64,000 bases of DNA from a virus. The notes below the pieces were generated by a model that was given only the letters and a program-made list of their open reading frames with translations, was not told the DNA's origin and ran no database searches. The DNA lies in the IMG/VR virus record IMGVR_UViG_3300048925_000129; one strand, written 5' to 3'. Below, piece after piece: positions 20,293 through 28,909 of the stretch. Both the position numbers and the translations under genes were made by a program. Every line of letters begins with the position of its first letter. Position 1 is the first letter of the stretch.

Positions 20293-20679
20293 TCATACTT
20301 TTGATTTTAAAATTTTATTAACTTCTTTAACTGCTTTATTCATTACTTTGTATCTAGCCTTTTTTCTTGCTTCAAGGCTCCTGAAAGAGGTAATGTAATC
20401 AATGTCTTTGTCAGTAAACTCTGGAAAGGCAAGAACTGTATCTGAATAACTCCAATATCTGTTACTTTCAGGAATATTGTCCAGATAACTATCTAAATTC
20501 CATAGTAAACATGGTAATAACATACAGACACCAAGCTCATCAACAATTTTATCTTTGTTATCATTGAATCTGCTACTTGGTTCTGCTTTTAAGTATTTCT
20601 TAGCCTCCTGATAAACTTTTAATCTTTCTTTTGGAGGCACAACTATGTTTAAACTTGGATGAATATATTTCTTAGCCAT
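20293..20679 (-). CDS. hypothetical protein
   Basis: ORF. Confidence 0.6.
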   Translation of the reverse strand: MAKKYIHPSLNIVVPPKERLKVYQEAKKYLKAEPSSRFNDNKDKIVDELGVCMLLPCLLWNLDSYLDNIPESNRYWSYSDTVLAFPEFTDKDIDYITSFRSLEARKKARYKVMNKAVKEVNKILKSKV

Positions 20680-20995
20680 GGTTAATCATTTGAAATGTTA
20701 CTGTACTTTGTTGATGAAGGTAATTGCTTTGCTCCCATTTCATTGAATGGTAATTTCTCCCCTACTGTCTTACTTACTCCCTGAGGAATTAAGTCATTTG
20801 TAGTGTCCTGAACCTTTGCAGGTCTCTTTTTTATTTTAAGTAATCTGAATTTCATTTTGTTTTCTTTAAGCTACACATGAAAATACTACACACAATGAGA
20901 GAAGTGAGATCACCATGAGAAATACATGGTGAATCTCAAACTCTACGTCCTGTTCAAACTCATCAAACTTTTGTTTAATGGTTTGTTTTTTCTTT

Positions 20996-21322
20996 CTATT
21001 CAGCACCATGATTTTCAAAGGTTTTAATTTCTTCGACTGGCTGTCCTGAATTAGACATCATTTTGTCTGTCCATTTATGAATCCCTTCAATAAAAGGAAT
21101 TCCACCTGCTCCGTGAATCAAATATCCAATTAAATCGAATACTTGACCTCCGAAGTGTACTACCTCAGCTAGGTGAGCTACATTAACCCCTACTACCATT
21201 ACTCCTACCCCAACTACACACTTATAACCCGTTGAATGATTATTCCCGAATAATCCTTCTGATATAAAAGCCACTGGCTTTACAATCCCAACGATATAAA
21301 CTTTTTTGATTGAAATTTTCAT
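20996..21322 (-). CDS. hypothetical membrane protein
   Basis: Hydrophobic core. Confidence 0.55.
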   Translation of the reverse strand: MKISIKKVYIVGIVKPVAFISEGLFGNNHSTGYKCVVGVGVMVVGVNVAHLAEVVHFGGQVFDLIGYLIHGAGGIPFIEGIHKWTDKMMSNSGQPVEEIKTFENHGAE

Positions 21323-21354
21323 AATAGAAAAAATGTATTTAGTTTTTTGAATTA

Positions 21355-21747
21355 TTATTTGTTTTGATTATTGAACCATTTTACATACTCTGTAACTACA
21401 AAGAAGGTAGCTGATAATTTATCAGGAAAAAGAAGTTCTCTGTTGTCTCCTTTCATTATTTCTCCTATAAATACCGTACATCTAAAATGCCCTATTGAAC
21501 AGTAAATCCAATCAGAGTGTATTTTGATGTTGTCTCTAATGGTATTTTTATAAGACTCTTCAATCTTATCAACTACTTTCATTAAAGAGTCCCACGATTT
21601 ATCATAGTTAGGCTGTACCCACTCCTCAGCATAAACTGTGCCATCTTTATCCACAGTTGCATTAATTCCATAAGTTTTACCATAATCAAAAGGATTAGGT
21701 GTAAGACCCATGTATTCTGCTAGAATTTGGTTATCCGTTTTTTTCAT
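21355..21747 (-). CDS. SWDW-family paralog 1
   Basis: N.LA.YMG, SWDSLMKVVDKIE, EYVKWFN. Confidence 0.7.
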   Translation of the reverse strand: MKKTDNQILAEYMGLTPNPFDYGKTYGINATVDKDGTVYAEEWVQPNYDKSWDSLMKVVDKIEESYKNTIRDNIKIHSDWIYCSIGHFRCTVFIGEIMKGDNRELLFPDKLSATFFVVTEYVKWFNNQNK

Positions 21748-22057
21748 TGTACCACTTAATAAATTCTATAGTTGCATCTTGCACAGCAGTCATCTTATCA
21801 GCATCACTGAATGAGAAAATAACCTCAGCATCATCTGTTATTTTACAGAAGTGGGTCTTCTCAACTCTGGAATAAGTAATGTCTATATCATATCCCAGAT
21901 CTTCAATCTTAGAAACTACAGCCATAACCCAATCCCAAGATTCAGTATAAAAATCAGTAAGTGGACTACCTTCTACAGTAAAAAGTAAACCACAACCACA
22001 AGGGCATTCTTCAAATCCAAAGAAGTCCTGAATTAATTTCTCATTTTCTTTAATCAT
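21731..22057 (-). CDS. SWDW-family paralog 2
   Basis: SWDWVMAVVSKIE, EFIKWYN; start moved to 22057. Confidence 0.7.
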   Translation of the reverse strand: MIKENEKLIQDFFGFEECPCGCGLLFTVEGSPLTDFYTESWDWVMAVVSKIEDLGYDIDITYSRVEKTHFCKITDDAEVIFSFSDADKMTAVQDATIEFIKWYNEKNG

Positions 22058-22067
22058 AATATGTTGT

Positions 22068-22487
22068 TTAATATAACCCTGTTTCCTGTTCAAATATACA
22101 CTCAGCAAGTATCCACTCCCATGAGTCTCCACACTGCTCTTTAAGGTCATTTAAGCTGCCATAGTATCCCTCAGCTACCTTTTCCCTTTCAGCCTCCGAA
22201 TAATCGTTTAAATCAACGTTATATTCAGTCCAATCGAATTCTCTGGTTAATGCTTCATCTAAAGTCATACCCTCAGTTATCATTCCTGAGAACTCTTTAA
22301 ATTCATATAACTTGTCTCCAATTTGTCTACCCAGTTGAAAGTTATCAGGATCAGTGAGTACCCATGCAATTCTTTCAGCATTAAGTTCTGAGGATGGTTC
22401 TAATGTGGTACTACCACACACTGTGCAAACTTCTTTGGAAGAGTGCCAAAAGGTTTTACAGTTGGCACATATTACTACTTTACTCAT
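22068..22487 (-). CDS. Zn-ribbon hypothetical protein
   Basis: CxxC..CxxC N-terminus. Confidence 0.65.
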   Translation of the reverse strand: MSKVVICANCKTFWHSSKEVCTVCGSTTLEPSSELNAERIAWVLTDPDNFQLGRQIGDKLYEFKEFSGMITEGMTLDEALTREFDWTEYNVDLNDYSEAEREKVAEGYYGSLNDLKEQCGDSWEWILAECIFEQETGLY

Positions 22488-22831
22488 GACTCTATACCGT
22501 TGTTATATTTGTTATACCATGTTAAAAACTCTATCACTCTATTATATAGAGAGTCAATGTCTCCCCTCATAATATCACTGAATACATAGTCAGTGTCAAA
22601 AAATTCTTCAAATTTCTGACATTCGTGACTCTCAAAATCAAACCCACCTACCACAGTATTGATTTGATTTAATACAGGAATAAGAAGATCCCATGATTTA
22701 TGATAAGATAAATCTTTCTCATAGATACTCTTACCATTAATAGGATACCAAATGGGTTTCTGCATTCCAGAAATATCTGTTTTCTTAGCTCCCATAAATT
22801 GAGCTATTAAAGTATTATTAGTGTTGCTCAT
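22484..22831 (-). CDS. SWDW-family paralog 3
   Basis: NTLIAQFMG, YHKSWDLLIPV, EFLTWYN. Confidence 0.7.
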   Translation of the reverse strand: MSNTNNTLIAQFMGAKKTDISGMQKPIWYPINGKSIYEKDLSYHKSWDLLIPVLNQINTVVGGFDFESHECQKFEEFFDTDYVFSDIMRGDIDSLYNRVIEFLTWYNKYNNGIES

Positions 22832-22968
22832 AACCTCTGTTTTTGTGTTTAGGTTTTCTGTTGTATTGCTTTTTTGACTTTTGAACTCTAGGCATTGTGT
22901 GTTGCCAAATTTCCTGCATGGTGAATGTCACCTCTCTTAACTTATCTTTGTTTGTTTTTGACATAACC

Positions 22969-23208
22969 TTAGTATTTTACCATTACTACTACACAGTATG
23001 AACTACTCCCATTTGAAACGTTAGCCTGTACTTGATAGCCCTGATTAGCATACTTAATGATAGAATCTCCTATCTCTGTAGACATACCTCTAACAACTAC
23101 AGTGCTAACTGGTTTAGCTGGCTTTGTAGTCATGATTCCTGATTCTGTAAAGCTGAATGCAAATATTAAAATTGCAATTATTCCTAAGATTGATAATAAA
23201 TTCTTCAT
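22969..23208 (-). CDS. small secreted or membrane protein
   Basis: Signal-like N-terminus. Confidence 0.55.
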   Translation of the reverse strand: MKNLLSILGIIAILIFAFSFTESGIMTTKPAKPVSTVVVRGMSTEIGDSIIKYANQGYQVQANVSNGSSSYCVVVMVKY

Positions 23209-23213
23209 TTTAT

Positions 23214-23699
23214 TTAATTTGATTTAATTATTGCTAACCCAATTTCTTCTAAGCTCTTTCTATCTTTGAATTTACCATTCATTGTGTAAGCCCAGCAACT
23301 ACCAACATCATATCCCTTTGCTGATAATTCTTTATACCCATATGAACCAATTAGTCTGAACCAATTCCCTTTTAATCCGTCATTAGTATCAGCAACATAA
23401 GAAATCATGGCAGTTCCAAGATTAGCTTTATTTCTGGACTCACTACTCATTCTAAAATGTTTCATAGAAAAGTCTCTAAATAACTCTTGAAGAGCTTTAT
23501 TATACCTCATTTCTTCGGCTACTTCAAACATTTCCTCCTCACTCAGATCATAAACTGATTTAAGGCTTAATTTGTACCCATCATCTACAAGTCTTTCAAT
23601 ATTATCTATTGTCAGAGTTTCAATTCTGTTTTCACTTTCCTTAATACACTCTTGCCCTAAGTATTCGGCAAAGATCTTTATTTTGGTGTTTTTATCCAT
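23214..23699 (-). CDS. hypothetical protein
   Basis: ORF. Confidence 0.6.
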   Translation of the reverse strand: MDKNTKIKIFAEYLGQECIKESENRIETLTIDNIERLVDDGYKLSLKSVYDLSEEEMFEVAEEMRYNKALQELFRDFSMKHFRMSSESRNKANLGTAMISYVADTNDGLKGNWFRLIGSYGYKELSAKGYDVGSCWAYTMNGKFKDRKSLEEIGLAIIKSN

Positions 23700-23788
23700 G
23701 TTAAATTATTTTTGCACCACTAGGGGGAAGTCGAACCCCCGTTCCTATTATTTCAGAACCCCAAACCTGAGAAGTGATGTGTGAGGGG

Positions 23789-24247
23789 TTAATGCCCCTC
23801 TTCATTTGTTATAAATCGTGCTGTAATGTATCTAACCTCACCATGAGCTGAGTCAGATAATCCTTTCTCATCCCAGTTATAGGGTAAATCATGTAGTTGC
23901 TGTAATCTGTAAAAGAAATCAACATGTGTCTTAAAGAATTCAGGTATTCTTTTTTCTTTATCATCCCCTATAATCCCAGGAAGTGAACCACTTTCAAAGT
24001 TATCCAATTCTTTAGCCGAATCAGGTTCAAACAATCTTCCAATAGCACAGCCCTCAGTCTGTTCCATTGTTTTACCTACTGTTAAAGGAGAATAAACACA
24101 CTCTGATTTATCATCAGGTCTGGTACACCGATTATTACTATTGTAATGATTAATCATATCATTCAGAAAGAATGTCAGCTTTTCTTTGTCGGTTAGTGCT
24201 GGGTTATCAATAACTTCTGCAAACTGTGGTTTTAATTTTAGTTCCAT
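23789..24247 (-). CDS. hypothetical phage protein
   Basis: CVY..GCAIGRL..LQQLHD. Confidence 0.65.
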   Translation of the reverse strand: MELKLKPQFAEVIDNPALTDKEKLTFFLNDMINHYNSNNRCTRPDDKSECVYSPLTVGKTMEQTEGCAIGRLFEPDSAKELDNFESGSLPGIIGDDKEKRIPEFFKTHVDFFYRLQQLHDLPYNWDEKGLSDSAHGEVRYITARFITNEEGH

Positions 24248-24248
24248 G

Positions 24249-24620
24249 TTAAATGACGTTTAAGTTAATCTCTTTAGTCTCTCCCTTCAAATATTGAATA
24301 ATCTCTTTATGTGTTTCACTATTAACCATGAAAAGGTACTTTTCTAATGCAGTGAATTCTTTGCCCTTTTTAAAATCCTGCTGCTCAAATTTGTATCCTG
24401 AATGATCTCCAAAACCGTCAATTTCTTTAAAAGTTTTCTTCTTAATCTCTGTAGCTCTTACAGAGTCACAATCCCCAGTCATTTGACCGTAAATACAAGC
24501 TACCTGAGAGTCATATCTAAAACTATTAAAGTCTAGTTTATCTATCTCCTCTTTTGTTGCTCTCTTTTTAATCTTATCAAGTTCCTTTTGAACTTTTTTA
24601 ATGAATGTTTCTTTTTTCAT
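24249..24620 (-). CDS. hypothetical protein, paralog of 24627..24992
   Basis: CIYGQMTG, FTALEKYL. Confidence 0.7.
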   Translation of the reverse strand: MKKETFIKKVQKELDKIKKRATKEEIDKLDFNSFRYDSQVACIYGQMTGDCDSVRATEIKKKTFKEIDGFGDHSGYKFEQQDFKKGKEFTALEKYLFMVNSETHKEIIQYLKGETKEINLNVI

Positions 24621-24626
24621 GATGGT

Positions 24627-24992
24627 TTAATTTAGTGTTAATGTTTCTACATCACCTTTTATATAATCTAAGATGTGTAGTCTCTCTTCCTGAGTAATGA
24701 TGTACAGGTACTTTTCTAAAGCTGTGAACCAGCCTCCATGCTGAAAATCTAAGTCTTCAAAATCAGCATCAAACATTTTACCCTGTCGTGTGATATTCTC
24801 AAACGTTTTTGGAGTTAACTCTTTAGCTCTTCCAGAGAATGAGAACCCAGTAAGCTGACCATAAAGACACCCACCTCCTGAATAATGTATAAAAGTTTCT
24901 CTGTTTAACTTTTCTTTCTCTTCTGCTGTTGCATTAAGCTTAACATTTTCCACTTCTGCAACTACTAATTCAACAAATTCTGATCTGTTCAT
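24627..24992 (-). CDS. hypothetical protein, paralog of 24249..24620
   Basis: CLYGQLTG, FTALEKYL. Confidence 0.7.
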   Translation of the reverse strand: MNRSEFVELVVAEVENVKLNATAEEKEKLNRETFIHYSGGGCLYGQLTGFSFSGRAKELTPKTFENITRQGKMFDADFEDLDFQHGGWFTALEKYLYIITQEERLHILDYIKGDVETLTLN

Positions 24993-25015
24993 TTTGTTTA
25001 GTTTTAAAGTGAGGG

Positions 25016-25909
25016 CTAAAGAGCCCCCACCATTTGATTAATAGAATTAAAAACTTTTGTATCCAGTGCTTTCTGATCTACAAAATTCTTCTGCAATTTC
25101 CCATGAATTAATTCATTGAAGGCAGAGTAAACAAGCCATGCATTAGGCTCTGTTCCTGTGGCAATAGCATCACGGATCACAATGTCATGCACAAGCTGTG
25201 AATTAAGGGACGGAGAGTCATTCTTATCTGACTTATCAAACCTGAAAACTTTGTCCTGCTCATTCAGATCCTTTATCCAGTCAAAGATCTGGCTTTCATC
25301 AATGAAACATACTTTCATCTTATCAATCTTATCTTTGATAGAGTACATTTCATTATCTAGAAAACGTTTCACAATTTCGTCAATCTTTGGGACAAATGTC
25401 TCCATGTTTCCCTTAGTTGCTTTGATGGAAAACTCAATCTGTGTGTGAGTCATATGCATACCATTGTTACAAACCTTTCTGAAAAATCCCAGATACCCAG
25501 CTTTCTTCAATGTACCGTCATAAGAGTTTGTTAATCTTATCATTGGTACAATGGTATCATCTACACCTGCCTGAGTGTTGCCATTGATGGTGATGATCTT
25601 ACTTTCATCATCCAGAATGTAGTCTACATAGAAACGGCTTTCCTCAAGGTTAAAAGAACGTTGTTTGTAGTTTATATTCTGCTCAATGAGTTCGTGTTCC
25701 ATTCTGCCGAAAAAGTCCTTATTTGGTAGCAATCCGTAGGTCGGTGAGCCTGTGTGTACCACTGTACCATTCGAGATAATTGTTTGTGACATTTTCTTTG
25801 CCACTGGCATACCTCCAAAATAATCAGAGGTTGGCACTGCAATAACGTCTCCATAGACATTATCATTCTGGAATTCTTTGTTTAAAAAAACTGTTTCTCT
25901 TGGTTTCAT
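25016..25909 (-). CDS. DUF932/DUF945 family protein
   Basis: YGLLPN, NSYDG, FRKVCNNG, W.VYSAF. Confidence 0.8.
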   Translation of the reverse strand: MKPRETVFLNKEFQNDNVYGDVIAVPTSDYFGGMPVAKKMSQTIISNGTVVHTGSPTYGLLPNKDFFGRMEHELIEQNINYKQRSFNLEESRFYVDYILDDESKIITINGNTQAGVDDTIVPMIRLTNSYDGTLKKAGYLGFFRKVCNNGMHMTHTQIEFSIKATKGNMETFVPKIDEIVKRFLDNEMYSIKDKIDKMKVCFIDESQIFDWIKDLNEQDKVFRFDKSDKNDSPSLNSQLVHDIVIRDAIATGTEPNAWLVYSAFNELIHGKLQKNFVDQKALDTKVFNSINQMVGAL

Positions 25910-25923
25910 AATGATGTAATTTA

Positions 25924-26691
25924 TTAGTGTTGTAACATTCTACAAAATTCTGTAAAAGTAGGAAAGGTTAATGAAGGTCTTCTACCTGTTGTGAATAATG
26001 GTGAAGATTTAAGATCAATTAATCTGAAAGTTGTACTTTCAAGTTCAGGCTCTGGAATGGGATCTTTCTTAGGAATCTCCTTTTTAAAATTAAAGGTAAC
26101 AGTTTTTCTTTTACTGTATCTATAATTACCCTTACCTTTCAGGGCAGAGAATCCGAAGTCAAAGATCTTTATTTTACCATCAATGTAGGCAAGATTACGT
26201 GGTGGATTATCCCAACACTTCATACCCCATCTTTTGTAAAGCTTCAATATTCTGTCCATCTCATTATAAAGATGTTCTACTAATGGAGTTCTATTAAGAA
26301 ACAAAGGAAAATTTAATTCCTCCTGCTCACCACTCAAAATATCTCTAGTATCATTCTCACTGCAAAGTTCCTCCCAGATCCTTTTAGCTGTTCTGTCAGG
26401 TGATTTGTCAAGTGGTGTAACATGTTCGGAGACAATTAGATACAGTTCCTGAGTTCTGTTATTTTCCAGTACGTTGAATATTCTAGTCTTATATACTTTG
26501 ACAAAACAGTCAAACCTTTTGCCCTCCTTAACTAGCTTGGTAGCCATTAAGTAGTCATCCAAATCACGGGTGATTTTATAAACCCTGTTCTTATATAAGA
26601 AGGCTTCTGCAAAGTTGCCACTGCCTAAATACTCAATAAGATCACTATTTACTTTTAAGTACTGTGCTAATATTTCTTTTCTATTTGCCAT
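25924..26691 (-). CDS. Ser/Thr protein kinase-like protein
   Basis: LGSGNFAEAF, VYK, WDNPPRNL, IFDFG. Confidence 0.7.
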   Translation of the reverse strand: MANRKEILAQYLKVNSDLIEYLGSGNFAEAFLYKNRVYKITRDLDDYLMATKLVKEGKRFDCFVKVYKTRIFNVLENNRTQELYLIVSEHVTPLDKSPDRTAKRIWEELCSENDTRDILSGEQEELNFPLFLNRTPLVEHLYNEMDRILKLYKRWGMKCWDNPPRNLAYIDGKIKIFDFGFSALKGKGNYRYSKRKTVTFNFKKEIPKKDPIPEPELESTTFRLIDLKSSPLFTTGRRPSLTFPTFTEFCRMLQH

Positions 26692-26926
26692 AATACTATG
26701 TTTTTTGATGTTTACAGGCTGGAATACAGAGGGGAAAATTTATCCCCTCCTTTTACCAGTCAAAATGATTTTGGTTAAAAAATTATTGCTTCCCTTTCGT
26801 CTTCTACAGGCTCAGGATATTCTTTTTCAATTTCACTCAATGCAATTTCACCTGCAATGATAAACTCTTCTCTTTCTATTTCTAATGATTCTAGTGACAT
26901 GATATTTAATTTTTAGATTATACAAT

Positions 26927-27232
26927 TTAATAAGCACTGTGAGGCAATGTTTGAACCTCTTCAAACTCTGTGCCGTCTTCTCTTAATTGGTGATAATATT
27001 CAGCTAATTGTGAGGCTACCTGATTTAATTCAGGAATAGTTTTCCAGTCTTTTATGGTGCAATCATTCTTAATGCTACCCAACATACCACCACCCAAATA
27101 ATGTTGGTGTGCTGTCATACGACCTGCAAAACCGAAGTCTTTTAAGTCAATCTCTATTCCACCCCCACGGCTCTCAATTTTAAGCCTTAAAGTGTTTTCT
27201 TTGAACTGCTCAGGAGTTATATTTTCTGCCAT
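26927..27232 (-). CDS. hypothetical protein
   Basis: ORF. Confidence 0.6.
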   Translation of the reverse strand: MAENITPEQFKENTLRLKIESRGGGIEIDLKDFGFAGRMTAHQHYLGGGMLGSIKNDCTIKDWKTIPELNQVASQLAEYYHQLREDGTEFEEVQTLPHSAY

Positions 27233-27394
27233 GATTTTAATCGTTATATGTTACAGTGTACCCGAATTTCTTTGCACGGGCTTCTATTGCCTTTTTAGAT
27301 GAGTTCTTTATGTTTAACCATTCAGCCGTTTCTTTCTGGTTAATAAAATGTCTACGTTGTGAGATTGAAGTCTCAATAGTTACTTTATAATTTG

Positions 27395-27751
27395 TCATAA
27401 CTCTATGATTTTAACAATTTCGTATTCTAAGTTAATGCCTCTGTACTCTTCTGTAAAAGGCTCAATTTCTGTTTCAGTGAAAAGTGCTGCCTTTCTACTT
27501 GTATACTCAGGAGTAACACAATGATACATGACTGCAAATTTATGCTTTGCTGTCTTATCATTACGAAGATCCCAAAGATAGTCATTATAAGGAAATAACC
27601 AACGTTTGAAGGCAGAAGGTTTTGCATGTCTGTAATACTGTTTACCACTCTCAAAAACCATTCCATTATCATACGTTTCAGCCTTGCCAGCCCAGCCACC
27701 AAAGCCCCATGCATTACAAGTGTTGACCTTCTCTGTTTTAATTAGTTTCAT
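27395..27751 (-). CDS. hypothetical protein
   Basis: ORF. Confidence 0.55.
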   Translation of the reverse strand: MKLIKTEKVNTCNAWGFGGWAGKAETYDNGMVFESGKQYYRHAKPSAFKRWLFPYNDYLWDLRNDKTAKHKFAVMYHCVTPEYTSRKAALFTETEIEPFTEEYRGINLEYEIVKIIEL

Positions 27752-28094
27752 GACCTTTTATGTTTGAGTTATACCAATTAATAAAATCTATTACTGTATT
27801 ATATATTATACCAATTTCAATTGTAGAAAGTGCATAATAAATATTAGATACCCACTCATCTAGGTCATTCTCTGAGATTATAACATCACATTTTTTAGCT
27901 ACTGGCATAAGCCAGTCCCATGATTTATGATACTCTAATGTTTTGCCCCTGCCCAGATCAATAGTGTTGTGATAACATACACCATGAAGAGGCAACCAAA
28001 TTTCATTCTTATTTAAATTCAGTCTACCTTCTCCATTCAATAAACCACCCATAAAATGGGCAATTAACAAGTTATTTTCAATGATATTATCCAT
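27738..28094 (-). CDS. SWDW-family paralog 4
   Basis: NLLIAHFMG, YHKSWDWLMPV, DFINWYN. Confidence 0.7.
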   Translation of the reverse strand: MDNIIENNLLIAHFMGGLLNGEGRLNLNKNEIWLPLHGVCYHNTIDLGRGKTLEYHKSWDWLMPVAKKCDVIISENDLDEWVSNIYYALSTIEIGIIYNTVIDFINWYNSNIKGHETN

Positions 28095-28276
28095 TATTAA
28101 AGGTATTTACATCTGTTTAACATATCTTTGTGCTCTTCATAGGTTCCAATAAAGTAATATTGACCCCTAGAAGTGTGCAATTTAGTCACCCCTTTTGCAG
28201 ATAGACCAAACACAGGCAATAAGTAATTATACTGCTTTTCTGTGATCTTATATGAGTTATCCCGTGCCATGATATT

Positions 28277-28903
28277 CTATTTAAAATCGGTTTTATTATT
28301 TCTGAAATAAACCCATGTAGCAGACTGTACAATTAAAGGGCTTACATTTAGTTTTTCACCTGCCTTTTGATAAGCAGATACAAAGAACTCGTATTGAATT
28401 TTAGTCATACCCTGATAAAAATCATCTGTACATACTACACCCGTGGCAATACTCAATGCATGTCTATCAATGGTGATATTATCTCCATTGTTTGGGTGTA
28501 GAATATTCTTACAAAAGGCTGTTATTTTTCTACCATTAAGGATTTTATATGTTTGCTCTTCACTTTGTGCAAAATCCATAATTAATTGAGCCTTTTCACA
28601 AAATTGTCTCATGTGAGAACGTTGTTTGCCTCCTGATTTAATAAACAATTCTGCAATCCTTTTATTATCGTCCCATCTTTTAACAGGTGATAAGGCAGCA
28701 ATTACACCACATGCAACAAACAACTGTACATTATATGTTTTACTCAAATAGATGGCAAAATTGTGTGCCTCCTGATACCAGTCATATTTATCTGATTCAC
28801 TGCATAACATAAAAACAGACATGATATTTTTAGTTACTTTGTTAAGAGTGTATGACTTATGTTTGTATGTAATTTTTGGCATGGTTTTAAAATTTGCATT
28901 CAT
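28277..28903 (-). CDS. HhH glycosylase-like phage protein (DUF7178-like)
   Basis: WY..AH, VIAALSP..W..N, G.K..AF, TIDRHA, QSATW. Confidence 0.65.
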   Translation of the reverse strand: MNANFKTMPKITYKHKSYTLNKVTKNIMSVFMLCSESDKYDWYQEAHNFAIYLSKTYNVQLFVACGVIAALSPVKRWDDNKRIAELFIKSGGKQRSHMRQFCEKAQLIMDFAQSEEQTYKILNGRKITAFCKNILHPNNGDNITIDRHALSIATGVVCTDDFYQGMTKIQYEFFVSAYQKAGEKLNVSPLIVQSATWVYFRNNKTDFK

Positions 28904-28909
28904 AATATT

